DNA of 62,756 bases, filler included, from Pirum gemmata (Eukaryota): assembly GCA_002812295.1 (NCBI GenBank). It is 25 parts of 25 records of this genome, joined end to end, with 100 filler letters (N's around TTAATTAATTAA, not from the genome) between each part and the next. Parts side by side here need not be neighbours in the genome. Positions count along the whole stretch, not along the records: positions 1 to 2,230 come from PDIN01007451.1; positions 2,331 to 4,553 come from PDIN01007452.1; positions 4,654 to 6,869 come from PDIN01007453.1; positions 6,970 to 9,217 come from PDIN01007454.1; positions 9,318 to 11,586 come from PDIN01007455.1; positions 11,687 to 14,915 come from PDIN01007456.1; 19 more parts are not named here. One strand, written 5' to 3'. Under the pieces are notes generated by a model. That model saw only the letters and a list, made by a program, of their open reading frames with translations, had not been told where the DNA came from and made no database searches. Positions 1 to 12,193 of this stretch are shown here, in pieces (the stretch's first letter is position 1; each line of letters starts with the position of its first letter). The position numbers and the translations under genes are program-made.

Positions 1-72
1 ATAATAGTAATAATTATAATAATAATAATACTAATACTAATAATAATAATAATAATAATAACTATAATAACC

Positions 73-106
<34 letters not shown>

Positions 107-264
107 GTCTAATAATAATAATAATAAATTTTAATAATAATGATAATAATAATAATAATAATAACAAAACTAATGTATAATAATTAGTAACTATTTGAAA
201 TAAAGATTAAAATGTCAAATGTTAACGTTAACATTAATCAGTTAATCAATTTATTGTTATACAG

Positions 265-2010
265 ATGATACAGATTATGTTCCTAGTGGTAGTGATATTG
301 AGACTAATAACTGGGAACAAAGTGAGGATGACGATAATGATTGTAGAATAAGCAGTAATGATATTTCTGTTGATGAATCAATACTGAACGATTCACTGTT
401 ACAAGAGCTCATGGTACAATTACCCTATCATCTCTTCTCCTTTCTCCTACTTCCCACTAAAACAATAATCACGAAAGTATAACATTGATAATTTTAATAA
501 ACATAATATAACAGTCATTTAATGAACAAGAAAATTATAAAAAACAATGATAAAATAATGATAAAAATAAAAAAAATGGTAAATGGTAAATGGTAATAAT
601 ATACTATTAATGAAAAATATCACTATCAATCGATACATAGGAGGAACAGAAAAAAAAATCCCGGCATACGTTGCAACCTAGCGCCGATAGCGAGTTTAGT
701 AAGGGTAATTCGCTTAGCCAGGGCCATGGAACTGAAATTGATGGTACATCCGAAAGGGAAAAGCTCAAAACATTAACTAGACGAAAAATGAAGAAACATA
801 TAGATTCCGATTCTGATTCTAATTCCAATTTCGATTTTGATTCTGATGATTTTGCGGAAAATCAAATTTCGAAGAAAAAAAAAGGGAAAAAACACAATGA
901 AAACTTTCCAAAGTTTTCACAGTTAAATCAACAAAATCACGATATTAAATATATAAAGAGAGAAAACAATCAAAGGCATGGTAATAATGATAACAGTGAC
1001 AGTTCTTTTGGAATTATCAGTGATTTGTTAGAGGATATAGCCAACGTGTCTTTGAAGTCTCCAAACCCCACCGAAGATGACGACGACTGTTGTATAATTC
1101 TGTCGTCTTGTTCAGATGAGAGTGAGAATGAATCAATAAAAAGTTCAAATTTGATACTTCGGGATATAAAACAAACCCCTAGGAGAAAACCCACTAAAAC
1201 AGGAAAAACCCCTGCCAAAACTCCAAAAAGTAATTATCATTATCATGATTGTTTTTGTTGTTGTTTTTGTTGTTGGTGTTGTTTTTGTTGTTGGTGTTGT
1301 TTTTGTTGTTGTTGGTGTTGCTGTTGTTGCTGTTGTTGCTGTTGTTGCTGTTGCTGTTGTTGTTATGGTAGTGGTAGTAGTAGTGGTGGTGGTAATTTAA
1401 TTCTGTTAATTCTGTCAATATTGTTATTTTTGTTGTGATAACTATTCCTGTTATTAACGTGTTTATTTTTTTAAAAGCATGTTTTTTGACTACAAATGTT
1501 ATTATTATTATTATTATTTGTTATTGTTGTTCATGCTTTACTTATTTTTTACTTTCGAAAAATAGATCCATTAGAAGGGAAAAGAATGACTAAATCCCGA
1601 AAAGAGGTGAGCTTATACTTTGTATATCATTTTATTGTTTAAAAGTTAATAATATTATGCCATATTCTTTGTATATTATTATTATCACTTTATACACCAG
1701 TATATTGTTTAAAAGCTAATGATATTATTATGCTATAACCCTAACCCTCACCCTAACCCTATAACCCAAACCTCAAACCTAACCCTAACGTTAACGTTAA
1801 CCCTAACTTAACCCTTTCCCTAACCCTAATTTTAACCTTAACCCTGTACACTCTATCACTAACACCAGCCCTAACGTTAGCCCTAACGTTAACCCTAACT
1901 CTAACCCTAACAATAAAAAAAAGAATTAACAATACTTATTCATACTATTATTATTATTTCGTTAGAACATCGATCTACTAACAAGGGAAACGTTTTTTTC
2001 GTTAAATAAG
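265..2010 (+). CDS. Internal exons of an acidic/disordered protein, possibly GCNA/ACRC-like (region just before a SprT domain)
   Basis: Four phase-consistent GT-AG exons: 265-413, 641-1229, 1566-1606, 1966-2010. The product is D/E/S-rich with SIM-like CIILSSCSDESE and repeated TP-K sites. It ends RKENIDLLTRETFFSLNK, resembling the helix before the GCNA SprT domain. Exon structure is seen directly; the family is inference because no HExxH lies in this contig. Confidence 0.5.
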
Positions 2011-2230
2011 GTTTGTATTCTCAATGTTATTTTAATTGTTATTATTATGGTATTATTATGGTTAATATTATGGTTATTGTTATGGTTATTGTTATTGCTA
2101 TTGTTATTGTTATTGTTATTGTTATTGTTATTGTTATTGTTATTGTTATTGTAATTTTTATTGTTATTTTTATTGTTATTGTCATTGTCATTGCTATTGT
2201 TATTGTTATTGTTATTGTTATTGTTATTGT

Positions 2231-2330
2231 NNNNNNNNNNNNNNNNNNNNNNNNNNNNNNNNNNNNNNNNNNNNTTAATTAATTAANNNNNNNNNNNNNN
2301 NNNNNNNNNNNNNNNNNNNNNNNNNNNNNN
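2231..2330. other. Artificial contig-joining spacer (first of 24): N44-TTAATTAATTAA-N44
   Basis: An identical 12-mer giving stops in all six frames sits centred in N runs. It starts at 2275, 4598, 6914, 9262, 11631, 14960, 19271, 21584, 23948, 26290, 29389, 31723, 34033, 36307, 38657, 40958, 43291, 45636, 47925, 51029, 53359, 55720, 58081 and 60442. Sequences either side are not real neighbours. Confidence 0.98.
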
Positions 2331-2423
2331 TACTACTACTACTTCTTCTACTACTACTACTACTACTAGGATTAGGGTTAGGGTAACCCTAACCCTAACC
2401 CTACAAAAATAAAATAAAGAAAC

Positions 2424-2724
2424 CTCTCCAATTCACGGGGAACTATGGTTCCAGAGTACTTCCCAGTATCGTTTAAATAACTTTCATCCTATAGTCGTTG
2501 GTGTTAACGAAAAAAAATAATAATAGTAATTAAATAAATTCGAATCGAACTTTTTTGATTTAGTAAATAAATTTAATAAAATTCGAATCGAACTTTTTTT
2601 ATTTAGTAAATAAATTAACATTAAGAAATCCAAAAAACCCCAAAAATCCAATGACAATACTTTCATTAATATTATTTGATAAATTTACTATATTTAGTAA
2701 ATAAATTATCATATTAAGAAATCC

Positions 2725-2792
<68 letters not shown>

Positions 2793-3956
2793 ATAGTAGT
2801 AGAAACCCCAAAACAATACTTTCATTAATAGAATTTTGATAATATTGCTATATTTAGTGAATAAATTAACATATTAATAAATTCAAACCCAAAAATCCAA
2901 TGACAATACGTTCATTAATACAAGTTTGATAAAATTACTATATTTAGTAAATAAATTATCATATTAGGAATCGGAAAACCAAAATTTAAGACAACACTCA
3001 CTAATACTATTTTAATAATATTGCTGTATTTCGTAAATAAATTAACATATTAAGATATCCTAAGTGATAATATTACTATATTTAGAAATAATTTAACATA
3101 TTAAGAAATACAAACACCAAAAATCCAAAAACAAACTTTCATTACTATATTTAGTAAATAAATTCACATATTAAGAATACAAAACATTAATATATTAACT
3201 TTCATTGATATTATTTGATAACATTACTATATTTAGTAAATAAATTAACATATTAAGAATACAAACATTAACATATTAACTTTCATTAATATTATTTGAT
3301 AATATTACTATATTAAGTAAATAAATTAACATATTAATAATAAAAAACATTAACATATTAACTTTCATTAGTATTATCTGATAATATTACTTTATTTAGT
3401 AAACATATTAACATATTAAGAATACAAACATTAATATATTAACTTTCATTAATATTATTTGATAATATTACTATATTTAGTAAATGAATTAGCATATTAA
3501 TAATAAAACCCAATAATGGTAAAATCCAATTATAATAATACTTACAACAGTTCCAACCGGAGCCCGAACCGGAGCCTTAAAATCAATCAATTCGTCAAGA
3601 GAGCGAAAAAACGGTGTTACTAAAAAATGGCCAGCAACGGTCAGAAAAAAATCACGACCACCTAGCAACATAAACAATGACAAATTGATGATAATGATAA
3701 TGATAATGATAATGATAATGATAATGATAATGATAATGATAATGATAATGATAATGATAATGATAATGATAATGATAATGATAATGATAATGATAATNNN
3801 NNNNNNNNNNNNNNNNNNNNNNNNNNNNNNNNNNNNNNNNNNNNNNNNNNNNNNNNNNNNNNNNNNNNNNNNNNNNNNNNNNNNNNNNNNNNNNNNNNNN
3901 NNNNNNNNNNNNNNNNNNNNNNNNNNNNNNNNNNNNNNNNNNNNNNNNNNNNNNTG

Positions 3957-4012
<56 letters not shown>

Positions 4013-4172
4013 GATAATGATAATGATAATGATAATGATGATGATGATGATGATGATGATGAAGAAGATGATAATGATAATGAAAATAATAAATATAAAG
4101 ATAGCCATAAGAATAATCACAATCATAATCATAACCATAATTATAATAACAGTGATACCAATGACGATGACG

Positions 4173-4204
<32 letters not shown>

Positions 4205-4482
4205 GACAGTGATAATTACAATGATAATGATAATAATAATGATATCAATGATGTTAATGATTTAATGATGTTAATGATAATGATAATGGCAATAATAATG
4301 CAAATAGCAATAGTAATGACAATAACTATGACAATTACAACGATAGCGATAACGATTATAACAATACTAACACTAACCTTCTAATCGTAATATCAAAATT
4401 TCCATAAAATCAGGGGCACTATTCAAAAGTTTAGCATTAGTAGCATTTACCTTAACCGTAACTAAAAGTTTAAATTTCTCAC
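2424..4482 (-). CDS. OCRL: OCRL/INPP5B-like inositol 5-phosphatase, ASH domain end to RhoGAP start (3 internal exons)
   Basis: Exons 4482-4378, 3661-3546 and 2488-2424 splice in phase to GEKFKLLVTVKVNATNAKLLNSAPDFMEILILRLEGGRDFFLTVAGHFLVTPFFRSLDELIDFKAPVRAPVGTVDESYLNDTGKYSGTIVPRELER. This matches the OCRL/INPP5B pattern ILVLHLxxGKDYFLxxxG...F..SL..L.....P.R...VPKE. Confidence 0.8.
2536..3500. repeat. Intronic AT-rich minisatellite, ~60-80 bp degenerate unit
   Basis: The core ATTACTATATTTAGTAAATAAATTAACATATTAAG..ACTTTCATTAAT recurs more than 10 times, inside the OCRL-like intron. Confidence 0.9.
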
Positions 4483-4839
4483 CTACATAATAATAAAAAC
4501 AATATTAATAATATTAATATTAAAAACATTATTAATCATAATCATAATCATAANNNNNNNNNNNNNNNNNNNNNNNNNNNNNNNNNNNNNNNNNNNNTTA
4601 ATTAATTAANNNNNNNNNNNNNNNNNNNNNNNNNNNNNNNNNNNNNNNNNNNNCAACCACAACCACAACCACAACCACAACCACAATTCCAATTCCAATT
4701 ACAATCACAACCACAACAACCACAACCACAACCACAACAACCACAACTACAACTACAACAACAACCAAAACAACAACCACAACCACAACCACAACCACAG
4801 CCACAACGACAGCCCTAGCAGCAACAACAATAACTATAA

Positions 4840-5815
4840 ATTTCGATTTTTAATGGACAAAACGATTATTCAATGTGTTTTCAAGCTAATATTTTCGAGT
4901 TTGGTTGTTCGAATTAGTCGGGCTATTTTCATTCACCTCGTGTATTTCATCAACCCAAGTCTGTGTATTTTAGCCCTGCGTTTTTCCTGTGGATTTTTAT
5001 GAATTTATTACTGTGTAATAGTATACAGGAACACATCCCTGCGCTTTTCCTATACAGGATTTCTGCACGTTTTGTTTAAATAACCCCTTTATTTCCCTTT
5101 TCCCTGCTTGCAGATTTCGATTTTTAATAGACGAAATGATTTTAATGAATTTATTATTGTGCAATAATATACAGGAACATATCCCTGTGCTTTGTGCTTA
5201 AATAAGCATGGTATTTTCCCTGTTCCCCACTTGCAGATTTTGACTTTAATCGACGAAACGATTATTCGTCCGGGTTTCGAACTAATTTTTTCGAGTTTTG
5301 TTGTTCGAATTAGTCGAGCTATTTTTATTTACCTCGTATATTTTATTAACCTACAAGCCTATATATTTTAGCCCTACGGGTTTGCTGTGGAATTGATTAT
5401 TGTATAGTAATATACAGGAACATATCCCTGCGGTTTGTGTTTGTTTTCGCTTTCAGTTTTGACTTTTAATCGACAAAACGATTGTTCGTTTGGGTTTCAA
5501 ACCAATATGTTCAAGTTTGGTTGTTCAAATTAGTCGAGTTATTTTTATTCACCTCGTATGATATATTTTATCAACCCGATATATTTTAGTCCTGCATTTT
5601 TCCTGTATATTTTCAAGAATTTATTATTGTGTAGTAATGTACAGGAACATATCCCTGCGCTTTTCCTATACAGGATTCCTACACGTTTTTTTTTAATGAC
5701 CTCCTGCATCTCCCTTTTCCCTGCTTGCAGATTTCATTTTTTAATGAACGAAATGATGTCTTTATTGAATGTTCGAAATTATATTTTGGAGTTTGGTTAT
5801 TCGAATTAATCGAGC
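4840..5815. repeat. Degenerate tandem repeat array
   Basis: The blocks GTTGTTCGAATTAGTCG, TACAGGAACATATCCCTG and CTTGCAGATTT recur 3-4 times each. Confidence 0.85.
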
Positions 5816-5944
5816 AATTGTTTTTGATACACTGAAGTTTTCCCTGGTGTTTTTTAGATATTTTAGACTACACTATTACGACAAAGTTATAAATCTAAGT
5901 GTGAGGGGAATGCGGATGACGTCATAATGATATTTTTTTTCCGC

Positions 5945-6640
5945 GATGTGTGAGGGAACATGAGGAAAGTTGAAATTTCTTTTTTTATTAATAACATTAC
6001 TATACATGGAATTATGAGATGTTTGTGATAATACTATTTCAAATATGGTAATGCGTGAGGAGAATTAAAATTTCTTTTTTATTAGTAATATTACTACATA
6101 TGGAAGTAAGGAGGTGGTCGTAATAATACTATTCCTAATATGGTAATATGTGAGGAAATTTGAAAATTATTCTATTCAATAACATTACTATATATTACTA
6201 TATATGAAAATATATTACTATACATATATGAAAGTAAGGAGGTGGTTGTGATAATACTATTTCAAATATGGTAATGCGTGAGGAAAGTTAAAATTTCTTT
6301 TTTATTAATAATATTACTATATATGGAAGTAACGAGAGTGGTCGCTAAAATATTATTCCAAATATGGTAAGTCGTGAGGAAAGTTAAAATTTCTTTTTAT
6401 TAATGATATTGCTATATATGGAAGTAAGGATATGGTTGTGATAATACTATTTCAAATATGGTAATGCGTGAGGAAAGTTAAAATTTCTTTTTTTATTAAT
6501 AATAATACTATTCCAAATATGGTAATGCGTGAGAAAAGTTAAAATTTCTTTTTATTAATAATATTGCTATATATGGAAGTAACGACTCTACTAACGAGGG
6601 AGACCATTATAATACTATTCCAAATATGGCAATATAATTA
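5945..6640. repeat. Tandem minisatellite, ~95 bp unit
   Basis: GTGAGGAAAGTTAAAATTTCTTTTTTATTAATAATATTACTATATATGGAAGTAAGG...ATAATACTATTTCAAATATGGTAATGC is repeated about 7 times. Confidence 0.9.
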
Positions 6641-7161
6641 TAAAAAACATTTTTCAACTTTTCTCACATTCAGTTATAGAACTGTTATATATCTTTAGAG
6701 AATTTTTTTATTGTTACTATAATGAAGTCATTCGCGTTTGCTTCATAATTTAGATCTCATAGACTATAAGAATAATAAATTGAAAAAATATACCAACATA
6801 ATTAAAATTTATTATTATTACCTGTTATTTATTTTTCAAGTGCTTTTAATAATAATAATAACAATAATANNNNNNNNNNNNNNNNNNNNNNNNNNNNNNN
6901 NNNNNNNNNNNNNTTAATTAATTAANNNNNNNNNNNNNNNNNNNNNNNNNNNNNNNNNNNNNNNNNNNNTTTTTGTATGTTTTTTTTTTTTTTTTTGATC
7001 ATTTTTCTCTTTTCTTGGTTTTTTTTTTGGTATAAAAAGGATAACCAAAAAAACAAAAAGTGAAAATAATTGTAAAAAAACTTCTTGTTAATGCTTATTT
7101 ATTGTTATCAGTTTATCATTATCAAAATTTATTAATTTTTATTAAAGCAATTAAAGCAAAC

Positions 7162-7499
7162 ATGGGGGTTGTCATAGCGGATGAAAAGCCTCTTACTAAA
7201 GTTGAAAAATGGTACAAACTATTTTTGTTTTATTATTGTTTTCTTTAATTTTGTTATTTTGTGTGTTCATTGGTAGGTTGTATTATTGTATTGTTTTTAT
7301 TTATTTATTAATTAGTTTTCTGGTTTTCTAGTTTTATTTTACCCTTTATTGTTTTGATTGTGTTCTGCAATATGCATTCATTCATTTGTGTTTTTGTATT
7401 AGTTTTTTATTTTTTATGTTATTTATCTTTTATTGTATATTGTATTTTTGCTTCAATGTAAGTTATGTTGTATGGTTTTTCTCTTTTGTTTGGTTTTGT

Positions 7500-7534
<35 letters not shown>

Positions 7535-7968
7535 GTGTTTTTGTTCTTGGACTATGTATACTAATAGTTTGCATGATTTTATTTTGTTTGTTTAATTAGT
7601 TTTTAAAATTTTATATTTTTATTTTACCTTTTATTGTTTTTATTGTGTTCTTCAATGTGCATTCATTCGATTGTATTCGATTGTGCTTTACGATCTTTAA
7701 TTTACACCTAACCTTAATTTGCATCATTCATTCATTCATCGTCAACATTGTTTAAAACAAAGCACTGAAGTTCTTTGTCTTATGTAAAAAATAGAAGGAA
7801 AAATAAAAGTAGTATACGTACTTAACCATTTCTTTCTTATCTTTTTTTGATTGTAGGTTTTGCATGAACAAGTTGTGCTTTCAATCGTTAATGTTGTTTA
7901 TTGTTTGTCTTGTTTTGTTTTACGCCATTATGGGAATTCTGACTGCTGTTTTGATTATATCTTATTAA
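7162..7968 (+). CDS. 53-aa single-pass membrane microprotein (two exons)
   Basis: ATG exon 7162-7211 (ends TG|GTAC) joins 7857-7968 (TTGTAG|G) in phase 2, giving MGVVIADEKPLTKVEKWFCMNKLCFQSLMLFIVCLVLFYAIMGILTAVLIISY*. Confidence 0.6.
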
Positions 7969-8168
7969 AAAATTCTTTTAATGATGTCGGACATGTTTGG
8001 TAGCAGTAAAAACAACAATGGGAACAACAACAGCATCATCGTCAACAGTAGTAGTAACAGCAGCAGCAGTAGTAGTAGTAAAGTAGTAGTTATTAATAGT
8101 AGTAATACTAATAGTAGTAATAGTAGTAGTAATAATAGTAGTAATAGTAATAGTAATAGTAATAGTAA

Positions 8169-8212
<44 letters not shown>

Positions 8213-9337
8213 ATAGTAGTAGTGGATCAAGCAAGATCACAAACAAGATGAACCATGACCACACTTAACTACCACCATCCCACAGCAACAAGTTAAGCTA
8301 TACCAAAAAAAACACACATAATAAAAATAATAGCAGCATCTAAAAGATCCCCCTTCCGCTATGTTATTATAAGTATCGATAGTATAGCTCATAGTATGGT
8401 ATGTAAAACTAGTATTAAACAATGATGATCTAAAGATCCCCTTCCGCTATGTTATTATAAATATCGATAGTGTAACTCTCATATTATGGTATGTAAAACT
8501 AGTAAGTTATTAAATTTTTAATTGAAGGAACTTCAGTAAATAAATTTGAGGTACCCCAAAAATAATTGAAGACACCGAATAAACAACTGAAATTACAAAA
8601 TCAATGAGAAGCAGGAGTACTTTTCCATTTTCGATACCCCATTCGATTCGAATCTGCTTTGTAAAATAGGAAAAGAATATGGAAAACAAAATGTTCTTTG
8701 TTTTTTACTATAAAAAAAAAGTGCAGGAAAGTACAGGAAAGTACAGGAAAGTGCAGGAAAGTGCAGGAAAGTAGATTTTTGCATACTGTTAGCCACGGTT
8801 TTGTAAGTTAATACTCTCTAATGAAAATCGGAGTTTATATAATCACCATGATAGATATATATGTATACCTTATTATAAGATAGGTTTACGGTTAGTGTTT
8901 AGAGTTTAAAATTTAGGTTTGGGGTTGGGGTTAAGGCCTAGGAATAGGGTTAAGCTTAGGGTTTAGGATTAGGGTTATGGTTAATAGCAATCTTCAGGAA
9001 ATTTTATATTAGAATTTTTTTTTAACTTTCCGTTCTCTTTACTTTGTGATTCATATTTGTTTATTATTCATGTTTTGAGTATTTGGTTTGTATTTTAGTT
9101 ATGTATTTTCAATGTTTTCATTTATTGCCGTAACAAACAAGGTAAAAAAGAAAACATAACATAAAATTGCACGACAATAAAGAAATGATAATCAATAACT
9201 ATTATTATTACTATTATNNNNNNNNNNNNNNNNNNNNNNNNNNNNNNNNNNNNNNNNNNNNTTAATTAATTAANNNNNNNNNNNNNNNNNNNNNNNNNNN
9301 NNNNNNNNNNNNNNNNNTTTTTTTTTTTTTTTTTTAA

Positions 9338-9558
9338 CTACCAAGCCGGATAAAAATGGCGGCATCCTTAGTATAAAAATCCAAAAAATTTCAAAATTAT
9401 CCAATATTAATCAAAGTACTACCAAATTTTGAGAAAACGTCTAACTAAGAAAACTCTATTATGAATCAGTGGCTAGTTTTTAAAAATAATTTGGCTAGTT
9501 TTAGAAAAGAAGTCTAAAAAAAAAAAAAAGATTTCTACGGTTTTATCCGGCTTGGCTG
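9338..9558 (+). mobile_element. MITE family D, TTAA target (piggyBac-like), 221 bp
   Basis: TTAA|CTACCAAGCCGGATAAAA ... TTTTATCCGGCTTGGCTG|TTAA: an 18-bp TIR (16/18) with TTAA on both sides. Further copies at 30362-30601, ~55800-56021 and a diverged one at ~17767-17917. Confidence 0.85.
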
Positions 9559-9600
9559 TTAAAAAAAAAAAAGCCAAGTTGGGACTTACTCTAGCTCTCT

Positions 9601-9820
9601 AGCTATTCTCAATTCGACTTTGTTTAAAAATCAAGCTTTCGAGCCTATGCATTAATTAATAAGTTTTAAAATAATTTTTAGCTAACAGTTAAGTGTTCGA
9701 GTATATTTATTTATTTGTAAACCCGAAAAAATAGAAAAAATAATTTTCGAACAGGGTTTCTTTTTTTGGCAGCAGAAATAATTTAAGTTTTCGGGCTCGA
9801 GCAGAATTGGGAGAGGCTTA
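9601..9820 (-). mobile_element. MITE family B copy (hAT-like)
   Basis: Reverse-complement match to 30839-31067, including the end AGCAGAATTGGGAGAGGCTTA. Confidence 0.75.
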
Positions 9821-9874
9821 CTACCTTACTACTAGCTAGACTACTAGCTAGAGCTGGCTAGATAATATAATTAC

Positions 9875-10397
9875 AATAAAGAGTACCAAATTAATACTAT
9901 ATAAATCCATTTAATTTAATTTGGTATATTTTAATATATATTTATTTATTTAAAAATGTCAATTTAAATATTATAACCAACCAAATAAATATTTAGAGAC
10001 AAAATAAATGAAAAGCACAATAAGTCTATTATAAATCATTTATAGTCTATTGTGCTTTTCATTTATTTTGTCACTCCGAATATTTATTTGGTTATTTATA
10101 ATATTTAAATTGATACTTTTAAATAAATAAATATATATTAAAATATACCAAATNNNNNNNNNNNNNNNNNNNNNNNNNNNNNNNNNNNNNNNNNNNNNNN
10201 NNNNNNNNNNNNNNNNNNNNNNNNNNNNNNNNNNNNNNNNNNNNNNNNNNNNNNNNNNNNNNNNNNNNNNNNNNNNNNNNNNNNAATAAATAAATAATAA
10301 AATATACCAAATTAAATAAAATGGATTTATATTGTATTAATTTGGTACTATTTAAATTTATTGTATATTTTATGATGGCAAAATAACTGAAAAGCAC
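9875..10397. mobile_element. Two inverted copies of MITE family A
   Basis: ~9875-10020 ends ATAAATGAAAAGCACAATA. ~10050-10397 (spanning an N gap) starts TATTGTGCTTTTCATTTATTTTGTCA and ends ACTGAAAAGCAC. A further partial copy lies at ~10725-10873. Confidence 0.8.
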
Positions 10398-10468
10398 TAG
10401 ATCTATACATCAGCACTATCTAGACTAGCTAGCTAGATCTGATCCTCTACTAGTCTTTTTGTCCACTA

Positions 10469-10598
10469 CCCTAACTAACCCTAATCTAACTAACCCTAAC
10501 CCTACTAAGTAACACTAACCCTAACCCTAACCCTAACCCTAACCCTAACCCTAACCCTAACCCTAACCCTAACCCTAACCCTAACCCTAACCCTAACC
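10469..10598. repeat. Interstitial telomeric array (CCCTAA)n, mostly perfect
   Basis: A perfect CCCTAA run leads into an intra-scaffold gap. A second array lies at 11033-11290. Confidence 0.95.
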
Positions 10599-11356
10599 NN
10601 NNNNNNNNNNNNNNNNNNNNNNNNNNNNNNNNNNNNNNNNNNNNNNNNNNNNNNNNNNNNNNNNNNNNNNNNNNNNNNNNNNNNNNNNNNNNNNNNNNNN
10701 NNNNNNNNNNNNNNNNNNNNNNTTTGGAGGGTTATAATATTTAAATAGACATTTTTAAATAAATAAATAAATAATAAAATATACCAAATTAAATGAAATG
10801 GATTTATATTGTATTAATTTGGTACTCTTTAAATTTATTGTATATTTTATGATGACAAAACAACTGAACAGCACTACACTACCTGTAGTACCTGGTATTG
10901 GAGTCTATTATTAGTCTTTGTCCAGCGTAGAATATTCTAGTCATTAAAATTAATTGTCCATAACGCTACTTTATATATAATAATAACACCCTTTTTTAAA
11001 ATAATCCTAGCTAGCTCTACCATTTCACCACCACCCTAACCCTAACCCTAACCCTAACCCTAACCCTAACCCTAACCCTAACCCTAACCCTAACCCTAAT
11101 TATAACCATAACCCCGACCCTAACCCTAACCCTTACCCTAATCCTAACCCTTACCCTAATCCTAACCCTGGCCCTAACCCTAACCCTGACCCTAACCCTA
11201 ACCCTGACCCTAACCCTAACCCTAATTATAACGTTAACCCTAACCCTAACCCAAACCCTAACCTCCACCCTAACCCAACCCTAACTCTATCATTACTCTT
11301 CATACCTTACGGTAGGTACTGTTTAATTATTTTTTAAAAAAAAGAGCTGTCTTTAA

Positions 11357-11586
11357 CAGTGGGTGAGATGACGTCATTTTATTTTTACCGAACAGCTTCC
11401 AGAACTTTTCCGATTTAAAAAAATATAGTTTATTACTAATAATGTTAATATTATTACTTGACTTGGTATCTACTATAATAAGATTTACTATTTTAAGCTA
11501 TTTAACTGCTATTATTAGTAAGAAACACGGAACTAAGGTTGGCTCGATAAGAATCTAGATATGTTCGAAAAAAGTTCCAGTAGATA
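11357..11586 (-). mobile_element. MITE family E copy (truncated by contig end)
   Basis: Reverse-complement match to 43632-43865. Confidence 0.8.
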
Positions 11587-11764
11587 NNNNNNNNNNNNNN
11601 NNNNNNNNNNNNNNNNNNNNNNNNNNNNNNTTAATTAATTAANNNNNNNNNNNNNNNNNNNNNNNNNNNNNNNNNNNNNNNNNNNNTATAATAATTGTTC
11701 TTATTTTTTTTATTAACTTCAATTTTTTTTTAAAAAAATATCATAAATAATAATAATAAAATAG

Positions 11765-12157
11765 AAAATCAAGGATATTCCTGAAGAAACAGTAAAGTTT
11801 ATATTTGGGGAGTATCATAACTATAACGGTTTATGTATTGTTAATGAAGAGGGTTGGCAAACTGGATTTAGTAATGATGTTTTAAGTACTATCCCCTCTT
11901 TTTCAACGTCTGGTTTAGAAAAAGGTCAATCTTCGCTTGCAGATGCTATTTCCAATATGACAGACCAGTTTAGATGTACCGAAAGGTGTGGTAAAAACAT
12001 TTTGCTTGTACTGAGCGATGGCGAATATGGTAAAGGATTTTTTTAAAAATATATTAAATATTAAATATTAAATAGAAATTATTTTTATTTTATTGTATTA
12101 TTTTTATTGGTTATATTTTATTATAGACATTGTTGTAATAATCATTTTAATTTTATT

Positions 12158-12193
<36 letters not shown>

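Noticed and set aside
1230..1438. Poly-Cys tail of the 255-aa ORF as a metallothionein-like domain
   Set aside because: It lies after the donor at 1229/1230 and is intronic (TGT)n.
5945..6640. CRISPR-like array (also 2536-3500, 30809-31145, 31311-31678)
   Set aside because: The units are wholly repeated with no unique spacers, there are no cas genes, and the context is eukaryotic.
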